DNA of 64,000 nucleotides, from NCBI GenBank assembly GCA_021791245.1, contig JAJYWY010000007.1, positions 16,340-80,339 of the forward strand, read 5' to 3'. A program made the position numbers and the translations under genes. The notes under the pieces are model-generated. The model searched no databases. It saw nothing but the letters and a program-made list of their open reading frames with translations, and was not told where the DNA came from. Positions 1 through 10,111 of this stretch are shown here, one piece after another; the stretch's first letter is position 1; the number at the start of each line of letters is the position of its first letter. This DNA is from Candidatus Micrarchaeota archaeon. GTDB lineage: Archaea; Micrarchaeota; Micrarchaeia; Micrarchaeales; CABMGC01.

Positions 1-2430
1 GTAAATCCTGCCACCATGATAATACTAGACAGCTTCATAGCAGTAGGAACGCAGTTGAAGATGGAAACTGCAGGCAAGGGCTGCGTGGCATGCCCTGTAG
101 ATTCAATAGAAGGCCCGTTCGTGGTGCTTGATTCAGGGGAGGCGCTAAGGATAAATTCCGCTGAAAAAGCTAAGGCACTTCTGCCTAGGATAAAGAAGAT
201 AATATGCATAGGCGACATGCTTATAACATATGGCGATTTCAAAAAATCAAATTCCGCACTTATACCTAGTAGTTATACAGAGGAATTGTGGGATGCACAG
301 CTAAGGGCAGGCAGCGGGGCAGATGCGGCATCTGTGGAGGTTTTATCATTCAAGGACGCGTATACGATTTCACTAAGGCAAAATGTGCCATTGCACCCAA
401 AATTTTTGTTTGAATTCCAGAATATAAACAAGCAGCAGCTAGCGGCTGTGGCTGGCGCTGTTGCAGGTTCAATTAAGGATAAATCGCTTTTTGATGTAGG
501 AGAGCTTGAATTAGACAGCTCACCTGGCCTGAAAGAGACGCTTGAATTAATGACCGTGACACATTCAATGGAAGGAGGGAAGATAATTATAGGGAAGGAA
601 TATGCGCAGAGCATTATTGCATCGCTTGGCTTTGCGTCAGGGGAAGCAGGGATAATAGAAACTGGCCACATACTGGAGAAGATAGAAAATGCAGAAGGGA
701 GTGCCCTGGATATAGTCAATTCTATTGCTCCGTTCAGGCTCATGAAGAGATCGTCATTCATAGGTGCAAGAATAGGCAGGCCTGAAAAAGCGAAAGAAAG
801 GCTGATGAAGCCTGCGCCAAATGTTCTTTTTCCGATAGGCGAATATGGGGGGAAGGAAAGAAATATAACAAAGGCATACATGATTGAATCAAAGAAATTC
901 GGCAATTCGTCGGTATCCGTGGAGATGCCAAGATATATGTGCGGCAACTGCAAGAGAATATTAGATACTGGATTCTGTTACGATTGCCAGATGGGTGCCA
1001 TCTTAATTGGGAAGTGCATAGGATGCGGAACAATTACAAATGAGCGCACATGCCATAAATGCGGCAATAAGGTTGTCACTTACGAGACAAGGAGCATAAA
1101 CATAGTCAAAGCGATGAACAATGCAAGCAAAAAGCTTGGTATAGGAAAACTGCCTGCGAGCATCAAGGGAGTAAAAGGAATAAGCAACAAAGGGAAGATG
1201 GCAGAAGCATTAGAGAAAGGCATACTTAGGAGCATGCATGGCATACACATATTCAAGGACACTACAGCAAGATTCGATTCCACTGACGTTCCTATAACGC
1301 ATTTCTATCCTGACGAGATAGGATTAAGCGTAGAAAAAGCCAGGGATATGGGATATGTTACAGATTATACTGGAAGGGACCTTACAGACGGTTCGCAGCT
1401 TGTAGAGATGAGGCATCAGGATATTATAATAAGCAAGAATGGGGGGGATTTCATGCTAAAAATAGCAAACTTCGTAGATGACATGCTTGACAAGCTATAT
1501 GGCCTGCCAAGATATTACAACGCAAAGACCCCTGATGACCTTATAGGCCACTTGTTTATAACGCTTGCACCGCACACCTCATGCGGCATACTATGCAGGC
1601 TAATTGGATATACAGAAGCAAACGTAGGATTTTCGCATCCTTATACCGTATGCGCAAGGAGGAGGAACTGCGACGGAGATGAGGATACTGTGATGCTTCT
1701 GCTCGACGCATTGATAAATTTCTCAAAGAGCTACATGCCGGGGAACATAGGTGGCAGCATGGACGCCCCCTTAGTGCTTACGGTAAATGTATACCCTGAT
1801 GAAGTGGATGATGAAGTCCATGATATGGAGATAGTAGAGAGATATGACCTTGGCTTCTACGAGAAGACTTTCGCGAAGGCAATGCCCGGGGAGGTTGAAA
1901 TAGAAAAGGTCGCAAACAGGCTCGGAAAAGATGAGGCATTCTCAAATATAATGTTCACGCATGATGCGTCAATTCACGCCGTAAGGGATTCTCCAAAAAG
2001 GAGCGTTTACACCCAATTGAAGACTATGCAGGAGAAGGTAGATGCTGAATTCCGGCTGATGGACAAGATAAATGCTGTAAACAAAGCAGAAAGCGCAAGG
2101 AAACTCATAGTGAGCCACTTCATACCAGATCTTATAGGAAACCTAAACTCGTTCTCAAAGCAGATGTTTAGATGCTCAGGATGCAATGCCAAGTATAGGA
2201 GAGTGCCCCTTACGGGGAAGTGCACCAGATGTGGAGGCAAACTGTTGCTCACGATATCCAAAGGCGGAATAGAGAAATATCTCGATATGGCGATAAACCT
2301 CAGCGACAGATATAATCTTGACCATTATATATCGCAGAGGCTTCAGCTTGTCAAGCAGAGCATAAATGCGATATTCGGAGAAGGGAATGATGCGAAGAGC
2401 GGGCAGTTCAACCTTGGACGGTTCATTTAG
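1..2430 (+). CDS. polC: DNA polymerase II (PolD) large subunit DP2, C-terminal ~810 aa; the 5' end lies off the left edge
   Basis: The frame is open from nt 1 (VNPAT precedes the listed Met at 16). It has the catalytic NCDGDEDTVMLLLD motif and a C-terminal Cys4 ribbon CSGCNAKYRRVPLTGKCTRCGG. Confidence 0.9.
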   Translation, partial: VNPATMIILDSFIAVGTQLKMETAGKGCVACPVDSIEGPFVVLDSGEALRINSAEKAKALLPRIKKIICIGDMLITYGDFKKSNSALIPSSYTEELWDAQLRAGSGADAASVEVLSFKDAYTISLRQNVPLHPKFLFEFQNINKQQLAAVAGAVAGSIKDKSLFDVGELELDSSPGLKETLELMTVTHSMEGGKIIIGKEYAQSIIASLGFASGEAGIIETGHILEKIENAEGSALDIVNSIAPFRLMKRSSFIGARIGRPEKAKERLMKPAPNVLFPIGEYGGKERNITKAYMIESKKFGNSSVSVEMPRYMCGNCKRILDTGFCYDCQMGAILIGKCIGCGTITNERTCHKCGNKVVTYETRSINIVKAMNNASKKLGIGKLPASIKGVKGISNKGKMAEALEKGILRSMHGIHIFKDTTARFDSTDVPITHFYPDEIGLSVEKARDMGYVTDYTGRDLTDGSQLVEMRHQDIIISKNGGDFMLKIANFVDDMLDKLYGLPRYYNAKTPDDLIGHLFITLAPHTSCGILCRLIGYTEANVGFSHPYTVCARRRNCDGDEDTVMLLLDALINFSKSYMPGNIGGSMDAPLVLTVNVYPDEVDDEVHDMEIVERYDLGFYEKTFAKAMPGEVEIEKVANRLGKDEAFSNIMFTHDASIHAVRDSPKRSVYTQLKTMQEKVDAEFRLMDKINAVNKAESARKLIVSHFIPDLIGNLNSFSKQMFRCSGCNAKYRRVPLTGKCTRCGGKLLLTISKGGIEKYLDMAINLSDRYNLDHYISQRLQLVKQSINAIFGEGNDAKSGQFNLGRFI

Positions 2431-2432
2431 AT

Positions 2433-5264
2433 TTATGTTGTCTGCTTTTTCCTCATTGGCATGTCTCCGGTTTGCATGTCCATTTTATCCCGCAGGAATT
2501 CCGTGAATATCTTGTCGTTCACTGAAAGCTGCTCCCTAAGTATAGGCTTGTAAACATGCTCCCTTAGTTCTCCGTCTTTAATCTTTATTACTTCCTGGAG
2601 ATATCCATTGAATTTATTTTCAGGCGCAACAGGAGAAGCCATGTATTTTCCAAATGGATTTCCCGTATCATTCTGGAAATCAGGGGCCTCAGTAACTATT
2701 GTTTGGTTAGTTATTGTCTGTACTGCCTGATGCCCATGCCCGATATGAATCGATGCGGCTAATGTTCTCTTCGACACATTTGATGATGCTATTTTGGCAG
2801 GATTGTTTGCAAGTTTATGCCTCACTTCATAATCTGTATTGTTAAGGGTGAACTTCTCTGCACCTATTGACACATAGCTTCCGCCGCCCCTCTTTATGCG
2901 TATTTTCCAGTCTTCAGGGAGTTTTCCAAATTTTTCCCCGCCCAATATATAGCCTTCCAGGAAAATCATGATTGAATTATATATCGCAGTCGATTCATCG
3001 CGCTGTTCAGCACCCTTCGATCCTTGATAGTGGTTTCCTGATACAGCTATTATATAGCCCCCACGATGCAATGTTTCTACCAGTAATTTTTTCATGCTGT
3101 TTGGAAAAAGTAATGGCAATTGTTCATCCATATTCCATACTATATTATCGTGCTGGTGCTTGAATCTTTTCAGCAGCTCTTTTTTTATGGTCTCCTCAGG
3201 CATACCCTCTTTGCGCATGTAATTTTCGAATTGTTCGTATACGCCGTGCTCTGTTTCTGGCCTAGGAACATATTTTGAATGCCCGAGATCTCCGGAATGC
3301 ACATCCCCCCTAAATTCTATGATATGTGGTTTGAATTTTCGTGCATGCTCTGCGGCGGCAGCATACAATGTCAAGTCGCTATCTTCCCCTGCATGTACAT
3401 CTGAAAAAGAAGCTACCCTTATTTCTGCTGGCGCTTCAGGCATTTCAGAATATGCATTTGGAACAAGCGATTTTATCAGGGTGTTGTCTGCATAAAGCAG
3501 GTCTTTATCCTTTATTTCCGAAGGAAGGTGGCTGGAAAGAATTGCCTTAGCCAGTTCAGGGTTTGACAGTCCGAATTTCTCTTTTTCCTTCTTCTGGCTT
3601 TCTATGGAATTGGTATTTGTATGGAATCTTTTCAGAACATCTTCCAATGCCTGTTTTTGCTCAATATCCGCTTTTATCCTTTCGTCTTTTAATCCTTCCT
3701 TTGTAAGCAGTTTGTGCGTCACATTGTCTTTTCCGAATACTTGGATTATGCTTGCTGTTGAATCAAGCACCATTTTCTGGACAGCCATTGTATCTTCGGT
3801 TTTGTAATTGCTAATATACATCTGGGCAAGTTTTTCTACGTCAAAAAATGGCCCTTTTGCAAGAGCTACAAGCGTGCTCATCGATTTGTCAGCCCATGGT
3901 ACCATGGAATACGAGGTATAGCCGTTCTTTCCCCCAACAAGGACATTAAGGGGAGTCGTTTCAAGTTTTTTCTTAACCTTACCCCCAAGATTCGTAGTAA
4001 GTATGAAGTTATTTGGCACAAGGGAACTATTGCTTGTTTTCTTTAGCTCTGATGACGCCATATCAAGTCCGTCAGTTACTATCACATTGAAACTGAAATT
4101 TCCTTTCCTTTTGGAATAAACGTTAGATTTTTCGTACTGGACAATTACCCTCTTGTCCCAGTCAGACATTTCTTTTATCAAAGATTTCATTTCTAGCATA
4201 ACTATTTTATGGATTATATCAGTTTCTTTTTTTGGAATCGGAGGATTTCCTCCGAATATCTCAGTGCGATCAAATGTTTTAAGCATCTCCTTTACAGTTC
4301 CGCTTGTAACTGCGGATTTGCGCACTTTTGTCAACTCCCTTATTGTATTCCCAAGGAATTTTGCCTTCTTTATGGTCACCTCGTACTCAGGAGAATCCGT
4401 AGGGGTATTTTTTAGCTTTTCACGTATTGCTGAATGCTCCTTCCTTGCTTTTGACAAGGCTTCCACTATATTCGTTATGGGGATTTTTTTATAAACCATG
4501 TTGCTCAAATTTCTATAGAGTAAAAGCCTCTCCTTTAAATCCTTCAGTTCTTCGTGGTTTATGCGCATGTTACGCACGATATTTGCAAGTTCCACTGTCA
4601 AGTAGGCTCTTTTTGCAGATTTTTTACTAAGTTCTTTGCGCATATGATTTCTCTCTGTAACAAGGCTCTTTAATATATCCTCCCTTGTTTTTATCTCTAC
4701 CTCGATTTGGTCTATTAAAGGGTCTATAAGATTATAGTTGAATGCGTTGTTTTTTTTAATAAGGCTGCTTTGGGCTTTTACAAACAGTTTCCTAAAAGCC
4801 CTTTTTTGATCTTCTATATTTTGCCATTCGTTCTTGCTAAACGCATAAACAACCTTGCAATTTTGTGGAAGAGAAGCCAATAATCTCTTAAAGTCTTGTT
4901 TTATGACTGCCACTAGCTCATCACGGTTATTTACTCCATCTACAATAACGTGAAGCCTGTCTTCATTTCTTGGCCCTCCCCTATTAATAGCTATCGTGGC
5001 CATACCGCCGATTATGACAGCCATTTTGGGTTTGTCCTTATTTGGTGCGTTCTTAATATAATGGGAAATGCCTATCAGCCCATCTCTGAACATATACTGT
5101 GTACCTCCGGCGAGTTCAGATAGGACAAGGATGTTGTATGGCTCCTGGTCTAATGGCTGATTATTTACCTGCATTTGCTGTGAAACTTCAAGAACAGGAG
5201 AACCTACCTGCATTTGCCCATTTGTTTTATCCCCATTTTCCATGCAACCATAAATAAATGCCAT
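2433..5264 (-). CDS. Uncharacterised 943-aa protein: degenerate metallophosphoesterase-like module, K/E-rich coiled coil, then an intact calcineurin-like metallophosphoesterase module
   Basis: The C-terminal half carries SFSDVHAG, RGDVHSGD, VSGNHYQG and IHIGHGHQ. The N-terminal half keeps strand-like ILVLSELAGG, AVIIGGMAT and VLVGGKNGY without the metal ligands. Its stop is 2 nt from the polD-L stop. Confidence 0.6.
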   Translation of the reverse strand: MAFIYGCMENGDKTNGQMQVGSPVLEVSQQMQVNNQPLDQEPYNILVLSELAGGTQYMFRDGLIGISHYIKNAPNKDKPKMAVIIGGMATIAINRGGPRNEDRLHVIVDGVNNRDELVAVIKQDFKRLLASLPQNCKVVYAFSKNEWQNIEDQKRAFRKLFVKAQSSLIKKNNAFNYNLIDPLIDQIEVEIKTREDILKSLVTERNHMRKELSKKSAKRAYLTVELANIVRNMRINHEELKDLKERLLLYRNLSNMVYKKIPITNIVEALSKARKEHSAIREKLKNTPTDSPEYEVTIKKAKFLGNTIRELTKVRKSAVTSGTVKEMLKTFDRTEIFGGNPPIPKKETDIIHKIVMLEMKSLIKEMSDWDKRVIVQYEKSNVYSKRKGNFSFNVIVTDGLDMASSELKKTSNSSLVPNNFILTTNLGGKVKKKLETTPLNVLVGGKNGYTSYSMVPWADKSMSTLVALAKGPFFDVEKLAQMYISNYKTEDTMAVQKMVLDSTASIIQVFGKDNVTHKLLTKEGLKDERIKADIEQKQALEDVLKRFHTNTNSIESQKKEKEKFGLSNPELAKAILSSHLPSEIKDKDLLYADNTLIKSLVPNAYSEMPEAPAEIRVASFSDVHAGEDSDLTLYAAAAEHARKFKPHIIEFRGDVHSGDLGHSKYVPRPETEHGVYEQFENYMRKEGMPEETIKKELLKRFKHQHDNIVWNMDEQLPLLFPNSMKKLLVETLHRGGYIIAVSGNHYQGSKGAEQRDESTAIYNSIMIFLEGYILGGEKFGKLPEDWKIRIKRGGGSYVSIGAEKFTLNNTDYEVRHKLANNPAKIASSNVSKRTLAASIHIGHGHQAVQTITNQTIVTEAPDFQNDTGNPFGKYMASPVAPENKFNGYLQEVIKIKDGELREHVYKPILREQLSVNDKIFTEFLRDKMDMQTGDMPMRKKQTT

Positions 5265-5624
5265 AATAAGTTTTTAAGGCTTCTATACAAAATTTTTAAC
5301 CACGTAAACTTTTGGGATAAAAATATATAATTTCTTCAGGCTAATAAGCCTTTCGTTATTAATGGCTTTCAAGGAATGATCATGCCATGCTTAACCATAT
5401 TGCTATGGCTCTCTTGTACTGCATGCTTCTATTCTACTATTTACTATTTGGGTTATGGATTCATTTCATTCTACATGGTGTGCTTGTTTAGAAATACTTT
5501 GTTATGCTTCTTTGAATCTGTGTTGTTCCCTCCAATCTGCGCGAAGCATTCCGTTTCACTCGCATTTCTCAATAACGCTATTATAAAATAGTCCATACCT
5601 TGCTCTTATCCAGCCTGAACAATA

Positions 5625-6380
5625 TCAGTCAGAGATATAAGGAGCAAGGAAATAATTGAAAGACGCGTCTCTTATGTTGTAACTCAGCTTCAGCGGCTCG
5701 TTTGTCTTTAGCTGCAATTGAAGAGTAGTGCCTGACGGACAGGATTTGACCATATTTTCAAGGTATTCAAGATTGAATACGGCTTCTGCACTCCCTGATG
5801 TACTCACTTTCTTAACTACGTCTCCCTCCTTTTCCATCTCTTCTTCAAGCTCTCCGGCATCTCCTCTAGATTCTATACTAAAGTGGCCCTTAGAAACCTT
5901 GAATGATATGTATGAGGAAAGAAGGCTGGCATCCTTTATTATTTCCCTGAAAGGATCAACATTCATCTCAACTGTTGCATCAAAGTTTATATTAGGCTCT
6001 TTATCTGCATTCTTTCTAACTTCTATCATAGGCATCCTGTACTTCCTTGAGCTCTTACCTGTGAAAATCATGCTTAATTTGTTCTCACTTGCTTTCATGT
6101 TAAGGCTCTCGTCATCTCTGGCCCTTGCCATGGTTTTTCCAAGATTCTCTATATTAAGCCCTACGTCGATATCACTAGACACGTCGAATTTCGAGAATGC
6201 TTTTCCAGGAATAAAGAAAGATATCATGCTTATGCCCGAAGGATCCATTGCCTTTAAGCTTATTCCGTCCTTCTGCACATGGAATGCACCTTCATCAACA
6301 AGATTTACTATCGCATCTATGCAGTCTCTCCAATATTTGGCGCTATCAATTTTTATGTCGAACACGAGGATCACCAGCAT
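5625..6380 (-). CDS. pcn: DNA polymerase sliding clamp PCNA
   Basis: 251 aa with the typical archaeal PCNA N-terminus (FDIKIDSAKYWRDCIDAIVNLVDEGAFHVQKDGISLKAMDPSGISM) and length. Confidence 0.85.
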   Translation of the reverse strand: MLVILVFDIKIDSAKYWRDCIDAIVNLVDEGAFHVQKDGISLKAMDPSGISMISFFIPGKAFSKFDVSSDIDVGLNIENLGKTMARARDDESLNMKASENKLSMIFTGKSSRKYRMPMIEVRKNADKEPNINFDATVEMNVDPFREIIKDASLLSSYISFKVSKGHFSIESRGDAGELEEEMEKEGDVVKKVSTSGSAEAVFNLEYLENMVKSCPSGTTLQLQLKTNEPLKLSYNIRDASFNYFLAPYISD

Positions 6381-6458
6381 TAGTATATTAGTATTTAAGT
6401 AAGATTACTATTATATTCCTTTCCAAATTTTTAGATACTGTATAGACAAGGTATTCGA

Positions 6459-7262
6459 ATGATACTTATAGTTTACACCGAAACCGAGAATATATCCATG
6501 CTCTCAGGGAATGCTCTTTCCGAGATGATGGATCTTGAGGAATGCATTTACATGGGCATGGATGCATATTCAAACCATAATATAATGCTTGTAAATGCAA
6601 ATTGCAATCTTTTGAATGCAGAACAGTTCAAGGATGCGGATGCGGAAATGATTATATTCATGGGCAGGCACAGAAGTTCAAAGGGCGTGTCCTCATTCAC
6701 CAGCCATGCAACAGGAAATTTTACAGGGAATACGGAGTATGGAGGGCTTCCGAATATTTTATGCAAAGCAGAACCAAGAGTCATGCTCTCGCTTCTCAGG
6801 CTGTTCGGCACTACATGCGGAGCGCATAAAGTGACATATGAAGCTACGCACCACGGTCCTTTCGCTAAAGCACCTGTGGTTTTTGCCGAGTTTGGAGGCT
6901 CAGAATTTATATCTGCACGCATAGAACCAAGAATTCTTGCAGAGGCAGTGAAGAATGCGGTATATGCATACACAGAGAATAGGATAGAATACAAAAAGGC
7001 GGTTATAGGATTCAGTGGCTCGCATTATCCAGATAAATTTACCAAGCTTGCGCTTGAAAAAGGATATGCGTTCTCGCACATCTTCCCAGAATACGCAATG
7101 GTTAATAATGGAATAGTATCAGATATGATAGAACAGGCAATTTACAGTACAACATTGAAAAATGACAATGCAGTAATAGAATGGAAGGGATTCAACAGCA
7201 AAGAAAGGGAGGTTATATTGAAAAAATTGGAGAATCTTGGTATGGATTATGAGAGGGTATAG
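6459..7262 (+). CDS. dtdA: D-aminoacyl-tRNA deacylase, archaeal DTD2 type
   Basis: 267 aa with GRHRSSKGVSSFTSHATGNF and YEATHHGP motifs characteristic of the DtdA family. Confidence 0.75.
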   Translation: MILIVYTETENISMLSGNALSEMMDLEECIYMGMDAYSNHNIMLVNANCNLLNAEQFKDADAEMIIFMGRHRSSKGVSSFTSHATGNFTGNTEYGGLPNILCKAEPRVMLSLLRLFGTTCGAHKVTYEATHHGPFAKAPVVFAEFGGSEFISARIEPRILAEAVKNAVYAYTENRIEYKKAVIGFSGSHYPDKFTKLALEKGYAFSHIFPEYAMVNNGIVSDMIEQAIYSTTLKNDNAVIEWKGFNSKEREVILKKLENLGMDYERV

Positions 7263-9234
7263 GATTTTGTTTTTGCTTATGCTGGCGTTGCTCATCATCG
7301 GGAACAGCTACTATGCGCAATATTGGTTCCAATTCGGAGCTAGGGGCTCGAGCAGCTCTTCGCAGAACAATGGCGCGTCGATAATGATAAAAACCATAGA
7401 TCAAAGTATAAATTCTGGATCACTGGGATTCTGGGTAGGCGAAAACCTGCAGAACAATGCATTTCTTCAGATAGGATATCTTGTGCAAAATTACACTGCC
7501 GAGTATCCGTCGTTTTGCGATAATTCGGGATGCAGGAACAATGAGGTACTTCATGCAGGAGATGCGGAATGGTTCTATGAATACTTTTATCCAAACACCA
7601 CATCTGCATTCCTTGGAGGAATAGGCCCTGATGGCTCCGCCGGAAACAATGGGACCTTTCACAACTACTCGTTCTTTGAAGATGGCGGGATGTGGTATTT
7701 CAAGGTAGATGGTAAAATTGTGGGAAACGTCTCGCTGGGATCTTCTACCTCGGGAAGCAACTCTCCGGTTGCATTCGGAGAGCTTGCAAACACCAGCATA
7801 AATACACAGGAGATACATGATGTTGCTTTCATGAATTTCTCGATTTATAAAAATGGTAAATGGCTTCCTGTGCCTTCGGCGACTTCATACATTGGATATG
7901 GTGATAGCAGCGATACCTCGTTGCCTGATCCCTATGGGGTGACAGAATTCGGAAACAGGGCCAATTACTTCGTTGTTGGCTCAGGGCTTCTTCTACCAGC
8001 GGATTTCACAACATTGTGGTCGTCTACGTATTATCTGGGAATAAATTCCGCATATGGATATACAACAAGCAGAAACCAGTACATACCATATACTGAAGTG
8101 AATATTTCAGAACCTAATGTCACCTACATCGGTGCGGATACAAGAGAAGTGTTCTCTGGGTGGATAGGAAGCGGGTTTGGATCATATACTGGACCAAAGA
8201 ATAATGTAGCCCTTATAATTTACGGCAACATAACTGAGAATGCAAACTGGAACAGGGAATATTTTGTAAATATCGAAACACCTTATGGAAAAGCGCAGGG
8301 AAGCGGATGGTACAAAAACAATAGCGTGGCGTCGTATGGCATAAATTCTAATATAATATACATAAACAGGACTACAAGGATAATATTTGCGGGATGGAGC
8401 AATGGGAATAAGGGGCAGACCGGGAAGCTCACAGTAGACGGCCATGAAAATATAACCGCTTTGTGGATAAAAGAATTCTATGTTAATGCAAGCTCTGGCT
8501 ACCAGTTTGCAAATGTATCGGGCTCTGGATGGTATGCAAACGGTAGCGTCGCAAGAGTATATGTTACTCCAAATGTGTCGTATTCCGAACCTTCAGAAAG
8601 GTATGCTTTCATAGGATGGAATAATGGCGGCAGAACGCGCAATATCTCAATAAATGTTACCAGCCCATTGTCAATATATCCGGTATTTCAGAGGCAGTAT
8701 GAAGTTTACCTAGATGGAAGGGATGTGTATGGCAGGAACATAGATGCTTATTTCAGGATAGAAAACAAGACTGCAAACAGGATATTCCTTGCTGCAGGAA
8801 GATATAACCTGAATCTGGCGGTGTATAAAGATGCCAATATACCAATAGACTATATGTTTAATGTATCTGCACCTTCAATAATGCCGATAAACCTTAGCGT
8901 ATATAATGTAACAATAAGCACAACAGACTTCTTCTCACTCCCGGTTAATGCGCTTGTAAATGCCATATTTGCGAACGGCAGCAGTTCTTCTTTCTACACT
9001 GGAGAAAATGGCATTGTAACACTTGTTGACGTGCCCCTAGGAAGCGTCAGCACACACATCTCATATCTTGGAATATCCAAAAGTGCCGATGCATATGGAG
9101 GCAGTGTTATAAAAGAGAGCTTTATTTCACTATACAACATTGAATTTGGAATAGCTGTAATAATAATATTAATTATAGTAGTATACATTATAATCAAAGA
9201 AGAAGAGCACTTGAAGAGGAATATAGTAGTATAG
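7249..9234 (+). CDS. Secreted, C-terminally membrane-anchored surface glycoprotein: lectin/LamG-like N-domain plus repeated F-x-G-W beta modules
   Basis: Signal-like MRGYRILFLLMLALLIIG at ATG 7249 (the ORF opens at TTG 7237). Repeats are FSGWIGSG, FAGWSNGNKG, FIGWNNGG and GSGWY. It has many N-x-S/T sequons and a C-terminal TM segment IAVIIILIIVVYIII. Confidence 0.6.
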   Translation: MRGYRILFLLMLALLIIGNSYYAQYWFQFGARGSSSSSQNNGASIMIKTIDQSINSGSLGFWVGENLQNNAFLQIGYLVQNYTAEYPSFCDNSGCRNNEVLHAGDAEWFYEYFYPNTTSAFLGGIGPDGSAGNNGTFHNYSFFEDGGMWYFKVDGKIVGNVSLGSSTSGSNSPVAFGELANTSINTQEIHDVAFMNFSIYKNGKWLPVPSATSYIGYGDSSDTSLPDPYGVTEFGNRANYFVVGSGLLLPADFTTLWSSTYYLGINSAYGYTTSRNQYIPYTEVNISEPNVTYIGADTREVFSGWIGSGFGSYTGPKNNVALIIYGNITENANWNREYFVNIETPYGKAQGSGWYKNNSVASYGINSNIIYINRTTRIIFAGWSNGNKGQTGKLTVDGHENITALWIKEFYVNASSGYQFANVSGSGWYANGSVARVYVTPNVSYSEPSERYAFIGWNNGGRTRNISINVTSPLSIYPVFQRQYEVYLDGRDVYGRNIDAYFRIENKTANRIFLAAGRYNLNLAVYKDANIPIDYMFNVSAPSIMPINLSVYNVTISTTDFFSLPVNALVNAIFANGSSSSFYTGENGIVTLVDVPLGSVSTHISYLGISKSADAYGGSVIKESFISLYNIEFGIAVIIILIIVVYIIIKEEEHLKRNIVV

Positions 9235-9245
9235 AAGGAGATTAA

Positions 9246-9767
9246 ATGGACGCTGCAATAATAATACCGCCGAATGAATTCAGGGATGAGACACTTTCAG
9301 AAATTATAATTATCCTGAATAAATGGGGGGTAAAACCACATATAGCAAGCTACACTTCATCGGTATGTACAGGATACCATGGCGCAAGGTTCCATCCTGA
9401 TTTAAAAGCAGATGCGCTGAATGCACATGATTTCGATGCATTGATAATAATAGACGGACCAGGATTTGATCAATATCAGCTAAACAAATATAGACCATTG
9501 TTTGAGACGATTAAGGAATTTGCTGCAAAACAAAAGGTTGTGATGGGCATAGGAAATGCTGTTGAAGCCCTAGCGAAATCAAACATAATAAAGAATGTGA
9601 AAATAGCTTATCCAGAGAGCAAGAATGTAGCAGATGCAGTATCGCTTTACAGTGGTGTAATTACCAGGAACCGCGTAGAAGCAGACAAGAATGTCATAAC
9701 TGCAACTAGTTATGCAAATACTGCAGAAGCTGTGAACAGGCTTCTCATAGCGCTTGGGGCAAAATGA
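9246..9767 (+). CDS. DJ-1/PfpI-family protein, apparently lacking the nucleophile Cys
   Basis: 173 aa with DALIIIDGPG and the overall DJ-1/PfpI layout. GIGNAV occupies the position usually holding the catalytic Cys. Confidence 0.55.
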   Translation: MDAAIIIPPNEFRDETLSEIIIILNKWGVKPHIASYTSSVCTGYHGARFHPDLKADALNAHDFDALIIIDGPGFDQYQLNKYRPLFETIKEFAAKQKVVMGIGNAVEALAKSNIIKNVKIAYPESKNVADAVSLYSGVITRNRVEADKNVITATSYANTAEAVNRLLIALGAK

Positions 9768-10085
9768 TCATTTTGCAGATTCAAGCAAAATTTTTTTCTG
9801 TTTCCCGCAATCGCAGGTATATATGATGCAACTAGGCGAACTCGCCTTCCTGACGGTGCAATTTATGCCTGGCACAAGAAAGTTGCTGCATCTTTTGCAT
9901 ATTTTGTTAGACACGTCCCTACTCATCTTTACCTTATAATGCGAACTTATCTTCTTTGCGATCAGTGCATACCTTTTTGCTCGTGTTATTGATTCTTGTG
10001 TATTCCTTGTTTCTTCATTTTCGGCCAGTCTGGCAAGTATATTAATCCTTTCCTGAGCTATCATATCTATAAGTTTAGATTTCAT
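9768..10085 (-). CDS. rnp4: RNase P protein component 4 (Rpp21/Rpr2 family)
   Basis: 105 aa with an N-terminal helical RINILARLAENE segment and a zinc ribbon CKRCSNFLVPG...YTCDCG. Confidence 0.75.
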   Translation of the reverse strand: MKSKLIDMIAQERINILARLAENEETRNTQESITRAKRYALIAKKISSHYKVKMSRDVSNKICKRCSNFLVPGINCTVRKASSPSCIIYTCDCGKQKKILLESAK

Positions 10086-10111
10086 AATGGTATATATACT
10101 TTAAATCTAAA

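Noticed and set aside
273-953. Long ORFs antisense to well-supported genes (e.g. 273..953, 5728..6402, 6548..6994, 16249..17076, 18257..18811, 32506..32994, 35057..35527, 36139..38646 series, 47317..47820, 50686..51228, 56578..57081, 59593..59994)
   Set aside because: Each lies entirely within, and opposite to, a gene with strong family motifs. Their products are low-complexity Ser/Leu/Phe/Ile-rich shadow translations with no motifs.
2433-5264. Possibility that the 943-aa phosphoesterase protein is the PolD small subunit DP1, or Mre11
   Set aside because: DP1 is much shorter, has an OB fold before its phosphoesterase domain, and is normally co-oriented with DP2. Mre11 is ~400 aa and pairs with a Walker-type Rad50. 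None of this fits, and no P-loop is present.
5265-5624. ORF 5376..5591 and small minus-strand ORFs in the spacer between the 943-aa gene and pcn
   Set aside because: The product is hydrophobic, low-complexity and Cys/Phe/Leu-rich, with no RBS or conservation cues. The minus-strand alternatives are under 30 codons with no recognisable motif. The spacer is likely promoter/UTR.
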